Under the pieces are notes generated by a model that was given only the letters and a program-made list of their open reading frames with translations, was not told where the DNA came from and did no database searches. A program made the position numbers and the translations under genes. A stretch of 64,000 bases of DNA from Neodothiora populina (Eukaryota): contig NW_027191411.1 of assembly GCF_041146345.1 (NCBI RefSeq), positions 1,860,001 through 1,924,000 of the forward strand, written 5' to 3'. Position 1 is the stretch's first letter; the number at the start of each line of letters is the position of its first letter. Below, in pieces: positions 1 through 13,458 of the stretch.

Positions 1-151
1 TCAGCTATTGGATCAATCCCATGAAAAGACGTAGGATCATCTTCTTGTGGACCACTGGTATCCACCTCATCAACTAAAGCCAATATTCGTCCACACGACA
101 GAAACACCGAGAAGTCATGATCAGTAGAGATGAAAACATAAGCATATCAAA

Positions 152-247
152 TCCGATGTGGTCTAGTGGCTAGGATTTGCCGCTCTCACGTTTCTTCTTC
201 GAGACAGAAAATCCGGCAAGGCCGGGGTTCAATTCCCCGCATCGGAA
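152..247 (+). tRNA. tRNA-Glu (anticodon CTC) with a 24-nt intron (189-212)
   Basis: Acceptor stem TCCGATG/CATCGGA. Anticodon stem TGCCG/CGGCA with CT-CTC-A and an intron after position 37. T-arm CGGGG-TTCAATT-CCCCG. Followed by T-runs (Pol III terminator). Confidence 0.95.
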
Positions 248-925
248 TCTTTTTGTTTTTTCCTTTTTCTCTCTCTCTGCTTTGGATATTATATCTATAT
301 TCAACTTTTTGTCCTTTATTGTTTGGATGTAGATGGGTGGGTTTTTCCTTAATCCGTATGCTTTTCGAGTTGCTTTATTGGCTTGCGAGTATTGGCTTTC
401 GTGAGTAGGGTATGAAAGTTTGCAGCAGGTGGAAGGTAGGAAATACAAGTAGTAGGAGGTTACATAGCAAAAGTGTATAGACAGCATATATGTGGGTACA
501 TGTATAATTGAGTATGCCAGCGTGCGGTGCAGTGTGGATGTACAGGGCTATATATGGGTATGCATGCGTGTGGAATCGTGTCCTGACCTGAATAGGTATA
601 TACGTGAACAGGATATAAGGACTCCTCATAGGGGAAATTATGAAGAACGGGAGAATATATGTGCCATAGACAGTGCTGCATGTCTTTGACTTTCGAGTAC
701 TAATGGCAACAGCAGCAAGAGTAGGAGCGGGAGCAGGAGCAGGAGGGTTTTTAGCATAACCGTTCGACTATATGCCTTTTTCTCTTACCTCTCATATCTC
801 TTCGTTGCTCTCCAAGCCGCCGCTTTCTCGCTCTCCTACTTACTCTGAGCTGAGATTCTTTCACTTCAAATCAAAATCATATCTAGATACATCAATCCAT
901 TTCTTTCCTCTCTCTGCCTCTCTTC

Positions 926-3292
926 TCACCGTCTGTGCAATACTTCCTCTAGATCCATCTTTCTCCTTTTCCGGGGACTCCTGCCACTCCCCGAGTCGTC
1001 TCCTCCGCTGTCTGAACTTTGTCTTGAGCGCCTCTCTCCTCCGTCTCCGGTCCCGCCGCCGACACCGCCTACTGATGTTCCTCCTGATACACCTCCCGCT
1101 GGGCCTGTGTGCTGTAAGGTTTGGGCTTGTAATTGTGGTGGACCCTGTTGTCGTCGTTGCTGATGCTGCTGCTGCTGCTGCTGCTGTTGTTGTTGTTGGA
1201 GAAATTGCTGATGATGTTGTTGAGGCTGCTGCTGTTGTTGTTGCTGCCAATGTGACGCCGATGCAGACGTGGACGAAGAACCCAATGTCGTGACACCACT
1301 ATCCGCCCGTAGTCTACTCTGTACATGACGGCCCAACGACTCCATGGTCTCGGAGCGTGGGCGCGTGGCGACAGGCGACGTCGAAAAAGCCTGAAGATGC
1401 GACGAGCCGCGTGGCGCCATATATGACGATGCCGATAGCGGCTGTCCGGTCGCTGAACCGATGGATGTCGACGAGTCGGAAGGGGTGGGACGATGACTGT
1501 GGAAACTCTGGCGGCGTCCTGCGCTTCCCGGTAGTGGGCGCGGAGGAGGTTGTCCAAAGTAGACGGGCTGTTGCTGCTGCTGCAGCTGTGGAGGTGCTAG
1601 GGGCGGTGGAGCAAAATGCGTTTGCAATGGTTCGAGCGATGGGAATATTCTTGAACCTGTATGTGTTGGGGGAGGAGGACCATATACTACTCCTGTTGGG
1701 TTTGATGGCCAGGACTGACTGTACAGAGAAGGTGATGCTGGTGGGAACGCTTCACGTCCGGGAGGGTAGAACTCCTGAAAGTGTGAGGGACTGCCATGAA
1801 AAGACGACGGCTGGCCAGGAATCTCAATTGGTGTCTGAAAAAGTGACGTAGAGGGTTTAGTTTCGGACAACAAAATCGTCTCTGTTGGTGACTCTGGCAG
1901 TGGTGGTAGGAACAAAGTGACAAAGTAGAGCGACGTTTTTGCCAACCGCATTCTCACGTCAAGTGAGCGTTCGACCCCTCCCGCTAATCGAAACACCCAG
2001 CTATAGTGTTGATCGTCGAACCCTCTCGTGATCTCGTCAATATCTCGATCAGTGATACCACTGACTGGATCCAGTCCGGGCTGGAAGATAGGAGGTAGAT
2101 ACGACGGCTCCTTGGCCTCTCGCTCTGCCCGCAAAGCGTTTCGTGTATTTTGAAAGCTGTCTCCTTCTATCGTGCGAGCAACCTCACTCAGTCGACGACC
2201 TCGAATATCTTGAACGCCCATTAGACTGTTGAAAGCTGAATTAGCTTTCATAATGACAAGGTCCATGTCTAGAAAAGCTATGGGAGTGACCGGTCCTGGT
2301 ACGGGCTGCGATGCCCGCGGCCCAGGCGCAAATGCAGGACCGAGAGGGTGTCGTGAAGGCACTATAGACGTCCGGCTGGCTTCAGGGGCGTCATGGTAAG
2401 AACGAATCGTACGGAGAGACCCAGTCCGCCTGTGTCTTGGGCCTTCCAGGGCTCGTCCACCACCCGCGAGTATAGGCTCAGACCCGACAGGCACTGCCAA
2501 CGGGACGACAGAACTCAGCTGCTGCGCCTTCGTGTGCCCCTCTTCACGTAGTCGTGGTCTGCCGCGTTTCTTGTGGGGCACGTCTCGACAGGAATCCTGC
2601 GGAAGATTAGGCATAGCCGTGGCGAATCAATAACGATGTGGACGACATACTGCTTTTCCGGTCTGCACGCACCGGTTGCATGGTCTCTCTACATCACAGC
2701 TCAAGTGAGCGCGTTTACAATTATTGCACGCATTTGCAACGTGTGTTTTCGACCTTCTCCCACCACGCGTCGAGGCAGCTGCTGCCGATGTACTAGATTC
2801 AGCAGTGACAAAGACCTCTACAGTCCCGCTGAGACCTGAAGTTGACTCTGTCCGCAGAAGCGGAGCCTGACCTTCACTCGACGCGGTCGATGTCTGAGTG
2901 GTAAACGAATGTGGTGGATTACTGGTCGTTGACGCAGACGGCAACGGATTGATGCTTCCGTACGTAGGTGGTGCTGAGATTGTGTCCTCGGTATAGACAT
3001 TTGTTAGTTCTATGGCGACGCTTGTGCCAGGAGCAGCACTTGCGGCTACCGTCGTTTCTGGATATACAGCAACTACATCAGAGTGGTAGCTTGACGTTGT
3101 TGTTGGTGGATTAGTGGTATGCTTCCGCCGTGGGGAAGGCGGGCTAGACATAGGCGGTGAAGGGTAAGAGAGTCCGGTTTGCCAAGACAGAGTACGTCCT
3201 GGGAGCTGACGTGGGATCAAATCTGGCAGACGTTCGAATCCCCGTCGAGGGTAGAATGTTTCGTGGGTTGGCTGGAGCAATAGAGCTTTCAT
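926..3292 (-). CDS. Zn(II)2Cys6 transcription factor with PAS-like region and poly-Q tail; exons 3292-2651 and 2596-926 (start codon uncertain)
   Basis: Removing the GTATGT..CTAAT..CAG intron (2650-2597) joins ACNNCKRAHLSCDVERPCNRCVQTGKA to DSCRDVPHKKRGRPRLR and completes the six-Cys binuclear cluster. PIAFLDMDLVIMKANSAF resembles the start of a PAS fold. Confidence 0.85.
1145..1247 (-). repeat. CAG/CAA trinucleotide tracts encoding poly-Q in the transcription factor
   Basis: (GCT)n and (GTT)n runs on the + strand. Confidence 0.9.
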
Positions 3293-6284
3293 ACTTTCTT
3301 AGACGTGTCAGACGAGGAGTTTGTGTGGTATAGAGTAGTCAGACGAGGTCCCTAGAGCAAGCCACAGATTCGCAAGCACACCGCGTAAGAGTGTACCGCA
3401 CTTTCGGATGCATCAACAAGGATGTCAATTCGACCTCTCAGCGTCGGTGCTCATTCCCCCCTTTGGATGTGCAATTTGCTCGCAGCACGAGTGGAAAGTG
3501 GTCGCAGTGGGTATTGGTAGTGATGACAGTGATATTAATGAAATGTATGAATGCCGGTCGTACTATCGAGCTTTGTTCGCTGACTGAAATGTCGACGTGG
3601 AAAGAGGAAATCAAAGAAAAGCGAGGCGTTTCGAAGTAAGATCCGATGCGACAACTCGGAGCAAAAGGACGAATCGAAATGTGATAACAAATGAAATCGG
3701 GAAAATGTAATGACGATGACCGGTGAAATGGGAGGCCCTTCGGATTGAAGGTATAGATGTGGGATATGGTAATGACAGATGCAACGAGGACGAGGATACA
3801 GAGGAGACAGAGGGGTAGTATTGCTGCGCTGATCCTAGAAAAGCATGGGTTCGACAGGTCCGTCCCCCTCTGAGCAACAAACAGGCGTTTTACGTTTTAC
3901 GATGCCGGAGCTCAGTCGGTCATGGCGTAATCGGCCAGGACCAAAGTTGAGTGAAGAGAAGGAGAGGGTAAAAAGAAACTCCATGCAAGAGCAGCACCCT
4001 CACCAAAATCTAATCTTGCTCCCGCACAGCTCTACGCTGACACGCCAAAGCGGTGACTTCCAAACGCCGTGCCGTAGACAGATTAAAGAGCCAGCTCCTG
4101 AACGATTATGCTTGGACTTGGCATCTATGGATACAGCGATGGGCATGGGTAGGATTGCGGAGCTTCCAACGAGCAAAGTGAAAGGACCCGGCGTATGCAA
4201 CAAAGCATGCAAGTTGCAACCTTTGGCGACGCTGGTATGAGATCGTAGCTCTATTCTGTATAGACTACAAGTAAGCTCCCGCCGCTCCGCCAAACCTTCC
4301 AGGAATCTGGCGCCATAGGGACAGTGCCTCTACTAACCAATAGCACACACTGGGTTCATCCGTACCGAAGCATGCAGAGTTAGAAGAGGCGCGGATCTCC
4401 CGGCGGTACATGTTGAAACGTAGCTGTAAGGTTTATTCGGCGAAGTGTTACAGTGTCGACCCAGCGCTCTTGATGGTAAGGAGCGTGGGGCCGGATCGAC
4501 AGCCTACTGTGAATTCATCAACTCGGTGCGGGACTATCGCCCATTATAGAATGGTCAAGACGATTTTTAATGGGCTACAGCTATTCTCCCCGAATATTCC
4601 GGCCACGGACAAGAAAATAACGAGCTTTGCCTTCGACGCCGTTCCAGATCGCCGGGGAGGATCTCAATACTGGTGTGGATGCTTCTGAAAATACACATAC
4701 CAATGAAGCCATTGCAAAGGGAACGCCTTGGCCATCAGTTTGTTCCCGCCGAAAGAGCACACACTGGAAGTCTGTAACATAGTCCAGGCATCTGTGCAGG
4801 CAGAACAGTGCCGTGGTCGAAGGCGCCCCAGGGAAAAACCCGATGAATCACACCAGCATCAAGCGTACGTGAGAGTCGTGCAGGTCGTACATCGGACAAA
4901 TCCAGAGGTCCTGCGGACTCCGGATGAGGCTGTATGAAACACAAGGAATATTTTGATGCAGGAACAAAGGTTTTTTCGGCACGTGCTATTTGTTGACAGA
5001 TCATGCTGGTCTCGCCGTTACGTGACTACTTACTCTTGGTAGGCCTCCTCGGTAACAAGAGAGAGACCTTCGAGTAGAATGTTCAAATTGCAAAAGTCCA
5101 GAACTTTGAGCGGGATCGGCCGTGACATAGATGGGGTGCAGGTATCATCAGGGCATACTGTACAGAACCTGCATGATGCACGACTGTCGACAGATGGCGG
5201 GGCTGAGATTGTCCGTAGCGCCTTCGGACATGAGTGGTCAGACATTGAGGAGAGTGCGAAGTCTGGAGGTAGGAGGAAGAATAACATGGATTTTGAGGGG
5301 CCGAGCCCGATGTCTGAACGTCGCTTGCCAAGCCGTGAGCCGGCTGCAAGCGAAAGACATCATTGACTATCTAGGCAAGACTGACAGACATTGCTCCAAA
5401 GTCGTCTATTACATTTCACATCATGTTCGACTAAGTATGCTTGTAGCCATTGTGACACAGGCGTGAGTATCTGTTGTATCGTGAGCGTAGATGGTGCCAG
5501 AAATAGCGTCGACGACCGCGGTACGCATGCACATTGATTCCGTCGGTATTGCTGTAGTGCTATTGGATGCAGATCCACCCATGCTTGACTGCCCGGATCT
5601 TCACACTCGCAGGGCTAATGAGAAGATGTGACCTCGTTTCGCCACGAGACTCGAGGGTGTGTATATGCAAGTTGTGCGTATGCCGATTCTGCAAACAGGG
5701 ATATGATTGCTGGTGATTGGCAAGCCACCATGTTGCCATGGTGTTGTTTCTTACTTGTGCATGTTCTTGGCTTCAGATGCTTGTCACGACGCACTTGTGT
5801 CCGGAGTCGGCTGCGATCCCAATCCCCTGCATTAGTTCCTTGTGTGCGGACATCTCTATCTTCGACCAAAGCCACTGCCGTGGACTCACCATGCAAAGTG
5901 CTCACCAATGCTTACAACTTTAGCCAGTCGAGACGCTATGGTGATGTAGACTAAACCATATACTGGGATCGTAACAGCAAGTTCACCATTGAGATCTTAA
6001 ATTATCGTTGTATTCCTAGATAGAAGCACATGCGTACCTACTACCAACAACGGATTTGACAAAAGCCAATCCTGTGACATCACCTATGTAGTTGTCAGAA
6101 AGTTCGGCTGGTGGAAGCCACCTGAAATTTCCCATTATACGAATGCTGAGGAATATAAAGTATTTGCGAGCGAGGTGGCGTTCAAGCGACCTGGTAGACA
6201 TCTCACGCCCCTGTAGACTGGCAAGACCGACAGAGCCGTGTGGGCTGACACCCGTTCAATCTATATTCATATCTCTCACACAAT

Positions 6285-7119
6285 CTACCTGCCTTTTTTA
6301 GATGGCCTGGCGTTCTTGTCTTTACGCTGTTGTTGGAGCGCCCTGCTCTTCCGGACATCTTCCACGCCCTTGATCTCGTTCTTGCCCCTACCGTTGGCGA
6401 ATTTACCGATGCGCTTCTCCTTGGCCTCCTCGACCCTCTTCTTGCGCTCGTAGTAGTCGTCCCGATACTTGTCAGCCTCCTTGGGCGCCTTCTCAGCCTT
6501 ATGCTTGAAGCGTTGTCCACCGGTCAAGCCATTCGCAGCACGTCCGTTGCCAGCTCGCTCTATCTCCCCGACGCGCGGCAGGACGTCGATCTTGTTCGCC
6601 TTCCTCCACGCGTCAAATCGTCCACTGCGGAATGAGGCTGCGATCTTGAGACCACTCTCGCCTTGTATCATCTTGGTGCCTTTTGATCCGTCCTCGTCGT
6701 TTGCGCGAGAGACATAGTTCTTTGCCTTCTTGTCCCACCGGAGACCGCCGCCTGCTTTGGCCGAGAGACCAAAGTTTTTGGTCTCATCGTTGGTAAGATC
6801 CATGGTGGCACCCCTCGCCGCGGACAAGAAATTCGAGTCACGTCCATCAGCTCCGGTGTGAACACCGTATCCGCGGTCCTCGGCCATGTTGATGGTGCTC
6901 GGAGTATAACCCATGAAATGCTCTGCATCCTGCCATGAATTTGCTTCGCGCTTGGCCTTTTTCGAGTTGGGCTGGGAGAATGTGACCTCCAGCTCATCCT
7001 CGGAAGCCTCATCGAGGTCAACGCTGACATCACGGCCGGGGAGATCTTCATCTTCGGTGTCCAGAGCGTTATCATCCTTGGATCCGACCTCTGTGGCGTT
7101 CGCAGATTCACGTTCTTCG

Positions 7120-7153
<34 letters not shown>

Positions 7154-9047
7154 GCATTCGTGGCTTCACCTTCGCCCTCCTCTTCTTCATGATCTCGGCG
7201 GCTTCACTAGCCTGCTGTCCCCGTCTGCCGACCTCGAAGATTGTCTCTGAGGGACGGAAGCCACTCACTCGAGCAAGCATAGCCTCTCTTTCCTCCTGGA
7301 TCTTGCGTGTGCCGGAGTCGTCGCCGAAGAGCATGTGCGTTTCTTTGAGATGCTCGGAGGCTGCCAATGTCTTGGCCCGCTTCGCGCTCTCCGCAGATGC
7401 TGAGTTACGAGTGCGGACGTATTGCTTCTCGCCTTTGGCAGCAACATCACGCATGCTAGACAAGTCAACATCATCCTCTACCAGTCTTCCGACCTCGGAG
7501 ACGCAGTTCTCGACGAGATCTCTGACCAGAGACCCGATCACAATGGACTCTGCATAGTTGGGAGTGTCGGCTGACTCTCTTCCAAGGATCAGTTTCCTGC
7601 CGAGAAAGAGCTGCAGGTCGAGCAAGTATGGCATGTCTTTGTCAGTGATGAGACTGTAACTCCAACCCCTTCGTCCCGCACGGGCAGTACGTCCGACGCG
7701 ATGGACGAAGACCTTGGGCTGCGGAGGGAAGTCATAATTGATGACGTTTGCGAGGATAGGGATGTCTACACCTCGAGCTGCGACATCCGTGACAACCAGA
7801 ATGTTGGTCAGACCACTGCGGAAGTTTTGTACCTGTATTTTTCTCGCGGTCTGGTCTAGCGCGCCGTAGACGTAAGACACGGCATATCCCAGAGTATCCA
7901 GTAGTGTGGCTAGGTATTCGACGTGATGTTTCGTAGCAGCGAAAACGATGGTGGAATGTTCAGTGGGAGAGTCAGTGTTTGCACTGATGTGAACTCCGTC
8001 TCGCTTCCTCTTCTTGCCTCCCTTTCTGCTATCTTCTTGGTTTTGAGCCCTGGCGGTGAGTCCAGCGGGCATCTTGATGACGTCGCGGAGCACGTGGAGC
8101 AGAGCGCCTTCCTTTTCCTGTGAGCTCACGGTGAAGAAAGCGTTCTCGAGGTCAGGCGAGATCTTGCTCTCACCGTCGAGTCGGACGAGTTTTGGCTCCT
8201 GAAGACCGGCGCGGGCGAATTCGACCAGGGACTTGGGCAGGGTAGCGGAGAACAAGAGTGTCTGACGGTTATCAGGAAGCGAGACCATAATCTCGGCCAG
8301 CTGAGCAGCAAAACCCATCTCGAAAAGTCTATCGGCTTCATCGAAGACAATGTACTTGACCGAGGACAGATCGAGCTTCATCTCGACTTTCAGGTGCTCG
8401 AAACGACCGGGAGTAGCGATGATGATATCGGGATTCGACGCCATAGAGCTAAACTGCTCTTCCAGACTGTCACCACCGACGAGTAGAATAGTACGGAGAT
8501 CTGTGCCTCGCCCCAGATCCTTGACAACCTTGAGAGTTTGCAGAGCCAATTCTCTCGACGGTGACATGATGACTCCTCTGGCGCCGACCTTGGCGCTGTG
8601 TGTGCGTAGTTTTTCTATCATGGGAATGACAAAAGCCGCAGTCTTTCCGGATCCTGTTCTGGCCATGCCAACCACATCTTGACCCTCCAAGATGAGGGGG
8701 ATTGTTTTTCTCTGGATAGGCGTGGGAACAGAGAAACCCTTTCTGGTGATAGCTTTTAAGAGATTCGCGTGAAGACCCATGGACTGGAAGGCGCCGCTCT
8801 TCTTGTTCGGTTTGCCGTTTGCGGCGGTTGCCTTCCTGTTGCTCGCTGCCTGAGTGGCCGCAATGAATGCCTCGTCGCCATCGCTGTCATCATCGCTCAG
8901 GCCTGCGCCTTGCTCGGCATTGGTCGGGGGCTGCCATCCAGCAAAGGTGTCGTCGTCGCCATTCTCTGCTGAGTCGCCTTGGAAGAGACTGTTTGTGATG
9001 TCAAAGTCGTTCTCAGAGGCAGCAGGCGAGGCTGCTCTACGGCCCAT
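6285..9047 (-). CDS. DBP10: ATP-dependent DEAD-box RNA helicase Dbp10 (60S biogenesis)
   Basis: 920-aa single ORF with Q motif, [21 protein letters not shown] and [13 protein letters not shown]10-type C-terminus WDKKAKNYV...[19 protein letters not shown]. Confidence 0.95.
7120..7154 (-). repeat. (CAA)n microsatellite encoding poly-Q inside DBP10
   Basis: Perfect (TTG)n run on the + strand. Confidence 0.9.
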
Positions 9048-9352
9048 ATTTGTGATGATGCGATATCGACCAGCGACACCAGTGGGGTATTATTATCCCG
9101 AAATATTGATGGTTTTGTTGGGCAAACAATTATTCTGGGTATAGGCAGACGATGAAACTCGGACTTTGCAAATTATTCCATTATTTCATGATTTCCTCGT
9201 CAAAATAAACTCCGCCATTCTCCGTGCAAGGGACTTTCTGGAGAAAGCATGGCGCCAAGACCCAAGGATGTCCTGACTCGCGCAGTCCACACGGACCCAG
9301 GTCCTTATCGATACGAGTGCTGTACTATAGATGCAATTTTGATTTTGGCAAG

Positions 9353-9414
9353 ACGCGTCGGATTAACGCGACATTCTGGGAAAGCACGCGTCTTTGTCTG
9401 GACTTGCCCCGCGT
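9353..9414. promoter_or_regulatory. Cluster of MCB (MluI cell-cycle box) elements upstream of RPA2
   Basis: ACGCGT at 9353 and 9386, ACGCGA at 9366 and CCGCGT at 9409, about 210-270 bp before the RPA2 ATG. RPA subunits are established MBF targets in yeasts. Confidence 0.7.
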
Positions 9415-9624
9415 CAGCCTGACATGCAATTTCACACTTTCCTAAAACAAAACATCTCCGAGACACTATCACACCTTACCATAAGCTACCTATCCGGACT
9501 CAGTCCATTCTGCAAGCATTCTAAAAATTGTCCTTCTCTCGAGGGCGAATTTGATTGATAAAATAAAGGGAATCAACCAGTACATCTGAACTTTTTGAGT
9601 TGAGATCAGTCTCGATACGGCGCC

Positions 9625-10503
9625 ATGGGTAAGTCGCGCTCTGCCATCTCTGCTCCATCGACTGCACGAGAGACTTGCTGACCTGTGTCAGATTACGGAT
9701 ACACGACATCATACAGCGCCCAAGGTGGAGCAGGCGGCGGCGGCTTCATGCCAGGCAGCCAAGCTGACAGTCCGAGTGGAAAGAAGCAATACGGGAAAGA
9801 CACGCTGCGTCCTGTCACGATCAAACAACTCATCGATGCCCAACACCCCAATCCGGATGCCGAGTTCTTCGAAATCGACGGCACGGAAGCTTCACAGATC
9901 ACATTCGTCGGCCAGATCCGCAACATCAGCAAGCAAGTCACAAACATAACCTATCGTCTGGACGATGGCACCGGCACCTTCGAAGTCAAAATGTGGATCG
10001 ACACAGACAGCGCAAACGACGAGAACGACGTCCCGGCGCAGAAGGGTCTGGTGGAGAACGCATACGCTCGCGTGTTTGGAAAGCTCAAGACTTTCGGCAA
10101 GAGACACGTCGTCGCACATGCCATCAAGCCAGTCACGGACATGAACGAGATCAACTACCACCTGCTCGAGGCCACATACGTGCATCTTTACTTCCAACGC
10201 GGTCCTCTAGGTCAGAAAGCCGAGGGCGGCGCGAACGGCCAACAAGACGGCGGGTACGCAGCGACTGGCGGCGCTTCAACAGGAGGAGGCAAGTTGCCTG
10301 CATCTGCCTCTTCGGGTGCAAGGAGAGTGTACGAATGTATTGCAAACACACCACAAACAAACGAGGGTCTACACATGCAGGATATCGCTGGCCGTACCGG
10401 CATGGACACAAATGACGTCTTGAAGGCCGGTGATGAGTTGCAAGGCATCGGCGTCATCTATACCACCGTCGACGACCACACATGGGCTCTGTTAGACGTG
10501 TAA
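9625..10503 (+). CDS. RFA2: Replication protein A 32-kDa subunit; exons 9625-9628 and 9692-10503
   Basis: ATGG|GTAAGT..CTGAC..CAG| gives MDYGY. OB-fold TLRPVTIKQL...YRLDDGTG...NEINYHLLEA and C-terminal winged helix GVIYTTVDD. Confidence 0.93.
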
Positions 10504-11223
10504 AAATATGGCGACACCATTGTCCTCGAGACTGATGAAGCTACGAATACAACTCTGGTGTCAGAACAAACCTCTGTGGCTGTATACTCTCAAGAACTTA
10601 CCGTGTGCCTCCGTCCGAACAAAATTATTTCAGATTGGGATATGACAAGTAGCATTCGCAAAAAGTACGATTGCACACACATGCAAGACTACAAAGAGGG
10701 AAACCCTCTCAGCTGCAATGTCCGCTTGTGGGATACCTTGATCTCAAGTCCAGTGATAGGAAACGAATGCCAGTGAAGCACATCTAATCAAGAATCAAAG
10801 ATAGTTTTATGACCCTGGCTTTATTGATACGTATCATCATCTTCGATTTCATCGTTTCAGTGGCCATGTTCAGCACTTCGTCCTCTAGGGAAGGCGACCC
10901 TGTCCGAAGTCGACCTGGATAAGGAGTCTGCTTCACTCAACATAGATAGGCAGGAGTCGCGACTGCCAGCTTCGGTAGCACCTGCCTTTCCTGCATCTGA
11001 CTAGAAGGGATGGTCGAAATTTGGATAATGATAAGGTGGACACTATGTAGGGTCATCTTTCATCCTCAATTTACTTGATGTAGTTGATGGGTAGCTGAGA
11101 CACATTAACCCCTGGAGTACGTTGGTTATCAGTGTAGGTATGATTGGCAATATAGTCAGCTCACGCCCTGCCATTCGGTTACCCCATCGAGGCCGCCCGT
11201 ACCTTGCGACTGCTCGACCTTCT

Positions 11224-13458
11224 TCATGCTCGCACCAAACAATCACAAAGATACGCATCAACCGCCTCAACACCCCCAACCAACGAACTCATAACCCCGA
11301 CGTACCCATCCGGTCTCACCACCAGTACAGCGCCTTCTTCTTTCGAAACGCCATAGACCTCGTACGCATCCTCTGTCTTCGAAGTACCGTAGACTCTCAT
11401 CTCGGCGTGTTGCTTGACTTCTGCGGGTAAATCGGTCCATTCGAAGTGTCGGATTAGTGGTGGGTGTATTATTGCGAGATCTATCGTGCCCGCCGGGTAG
11501 GTTTGGTGTGTGTCTATGCATGAGCTGAGGATTTTCTGAGATATGCCGTCGCGGTCAAGAAGGTCGTTGGAGGTCAGTATGATTATCTTGTAGCGGCCGT
11601 GTGATGGGAGTTCTGGATTCCCGTGTCAGCTGCATTTCTCGGTGCGCATCGAAGTGCTTGACTTGCCGTCATCGAGATGACGAAGATTCGCATCGGCGTA
11701 GCGCTTCAGTTCGACGCTCAGGAGCCTCCTTCCTGGAGTGAGAGCGCCGTGCAAGGGGTCTCCTGTTCCCTTTATTTTGTGATCGTTCTTCACGATTCTG
11801 CTGGGATGATACTCAAGGCCGCATCCGCTCGTGAACCCACTACCTTCGCTGAAGACGCGCACGAACTCCTCATGTGTCAGTCCAGCCATGTCTGGGTCAT
11901 TCGAGCCAATCTGACCGGAGAACATGTGAGAAAACTTTGCATCGAATTCAATCAGCTGGCGGGCATTCTCTAGACGTTCGGATTCGAACGTCTCAAGGAC
12001 GGGGTCAAATGTTTCCGAGGCAGATTTTGGAGTCAGTCCATTGATACTGTGTACTAGCTTCCAAGCCAGATTGTATGAGTCCATCATCGAGACGTTCATA
12101 CCTTGGCCGGCTTTGGGGCTATGGGTGTGACAAGCTGGTCATCGTTAGCTCTTTGCCAGCGGGGCTGCAGCAGATAAACTTACCATCTCCCACGATGAAA
12201 ACACGATCGATGCCGTCCGGAGTCCGGGAAATAAACTTTGGTGTCATTCGTTGACCAATCTGATAAGCTGCCCACCAGTCTGGAGCGGTACCCTCTTTGA
12301 TACCGATCTTGTAGGGTGCGAAGGCTGCTCGCGCTTGCTCAAAGATATACTCGATCGTGACTGCTCCTCGCCTTGACTTGCTGGCAGTTTTCTTATCTGT
12401 GCTAGTCGTCGTAACCTCCGTCTCTGGGGACATCTCACCCGGCACCTGCAAACATTAGAACAAACGAGAGGGCCATGTCACTATGGACCGTGACTGACCT
12501 GGACATAGAGACGCGTAAGGTATTCACCTGATGCAATTTGCTCTCTGGGAATGACCATGACCGAGCCGGCATTGGAGTGCACTGCACATCGCTTTCGGAT
12601 GTCAGGAAAATTAGTGTCCGCAACAAAGTCACATACTCCCCAGATATGGTCGGATGTTTCGCCTTGGAGGTCTAGGCCCATGCATCTTCGGACCAGCGAA
12701 TGCGCTCCGTCTCCTCCGACCAGATACTTTGTTCGCAGCGAGCCCTGCTTGGCTGTGCCGTTCTCGGTGTCGTAGTCATATTTGACAACCAGAGGATATT
12801 CTGGGTCACCTTGATCGTCATAAACGTACTCCACAAACCGATGAGATCTTCGGATTGTATCTGCAGGTGCATATTGTGCAAGATTCTCCTGTAGGATACG
12901 CTCAACTCGGCCTTGATGAATAGTAATCTCGAATCCGTATCGAGCGGTAACGTTGACATCTGGCACGAAAGACGTCCGCTCAATGCCACTCACGGGCTTA
13001 GTACCATCCGTCTCACTGCCGTTATTGGTCACAGGGTTCCAGAATGCGACCTCCTCCATGTGACACCCTTCACTTAGGATTTCCGACGCTATACCTAGAC
13101 TCTGGAAGACCTCCATGGTTCTAGGCTGCAAGCCGTCCGCTTGTCCTGCTTTCAGAGTGCCTGGTTTGGCGTCAAGACACAACAGAGAGGAACCAGTGAT
13201 GCCATATCTCGCAAGTAGAAGTGTCAAGAACAGACCTGCGGGACCCGCCTATCGATCCCGGTAATCAGACATTGCCATTGACTCGCAACATGCATTAAGA
13301 AGGTGACTCACGCCTATAACCACAACCTCTCGTCGGTCAAGTCCATTGGTCGAAAGACCTCCATTTGGTATCGGTGTCACCCTAGGTAGTGGTGATGCGC
13401 GCGATGGCAGTATGCGCAGATCTCGAGCCGCGCTGGATGTTTCTTGGAAGACTGGCAT
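11224..13458 (-). CDS. Phenol 2-monooxygenase-family FAD hydroxylase; exons 13458-13312, 13248-12499, 12445-12184, 12134-11667, 11612-11224
   Basis: The spliced product has [62 protein letters not shown] and the C-terminal thioredoxin-like VVRPDGYVG. The last intron requires a GC donor. Confidence 0.9.

Noticed and set aside
772..1851. + strand ORFs (173 aa, 164 aa) and the Thr/Ala-rich alternative-frame ORF
   Set aside because: These are shadows of the poly-Q-encoding transcription factor CDS.
4700..5950. Short ORFs between the transcription factor and DBP10
   Set aside because: No recognisable motif or consistent splice model; a decayed gene cannot be excluded.
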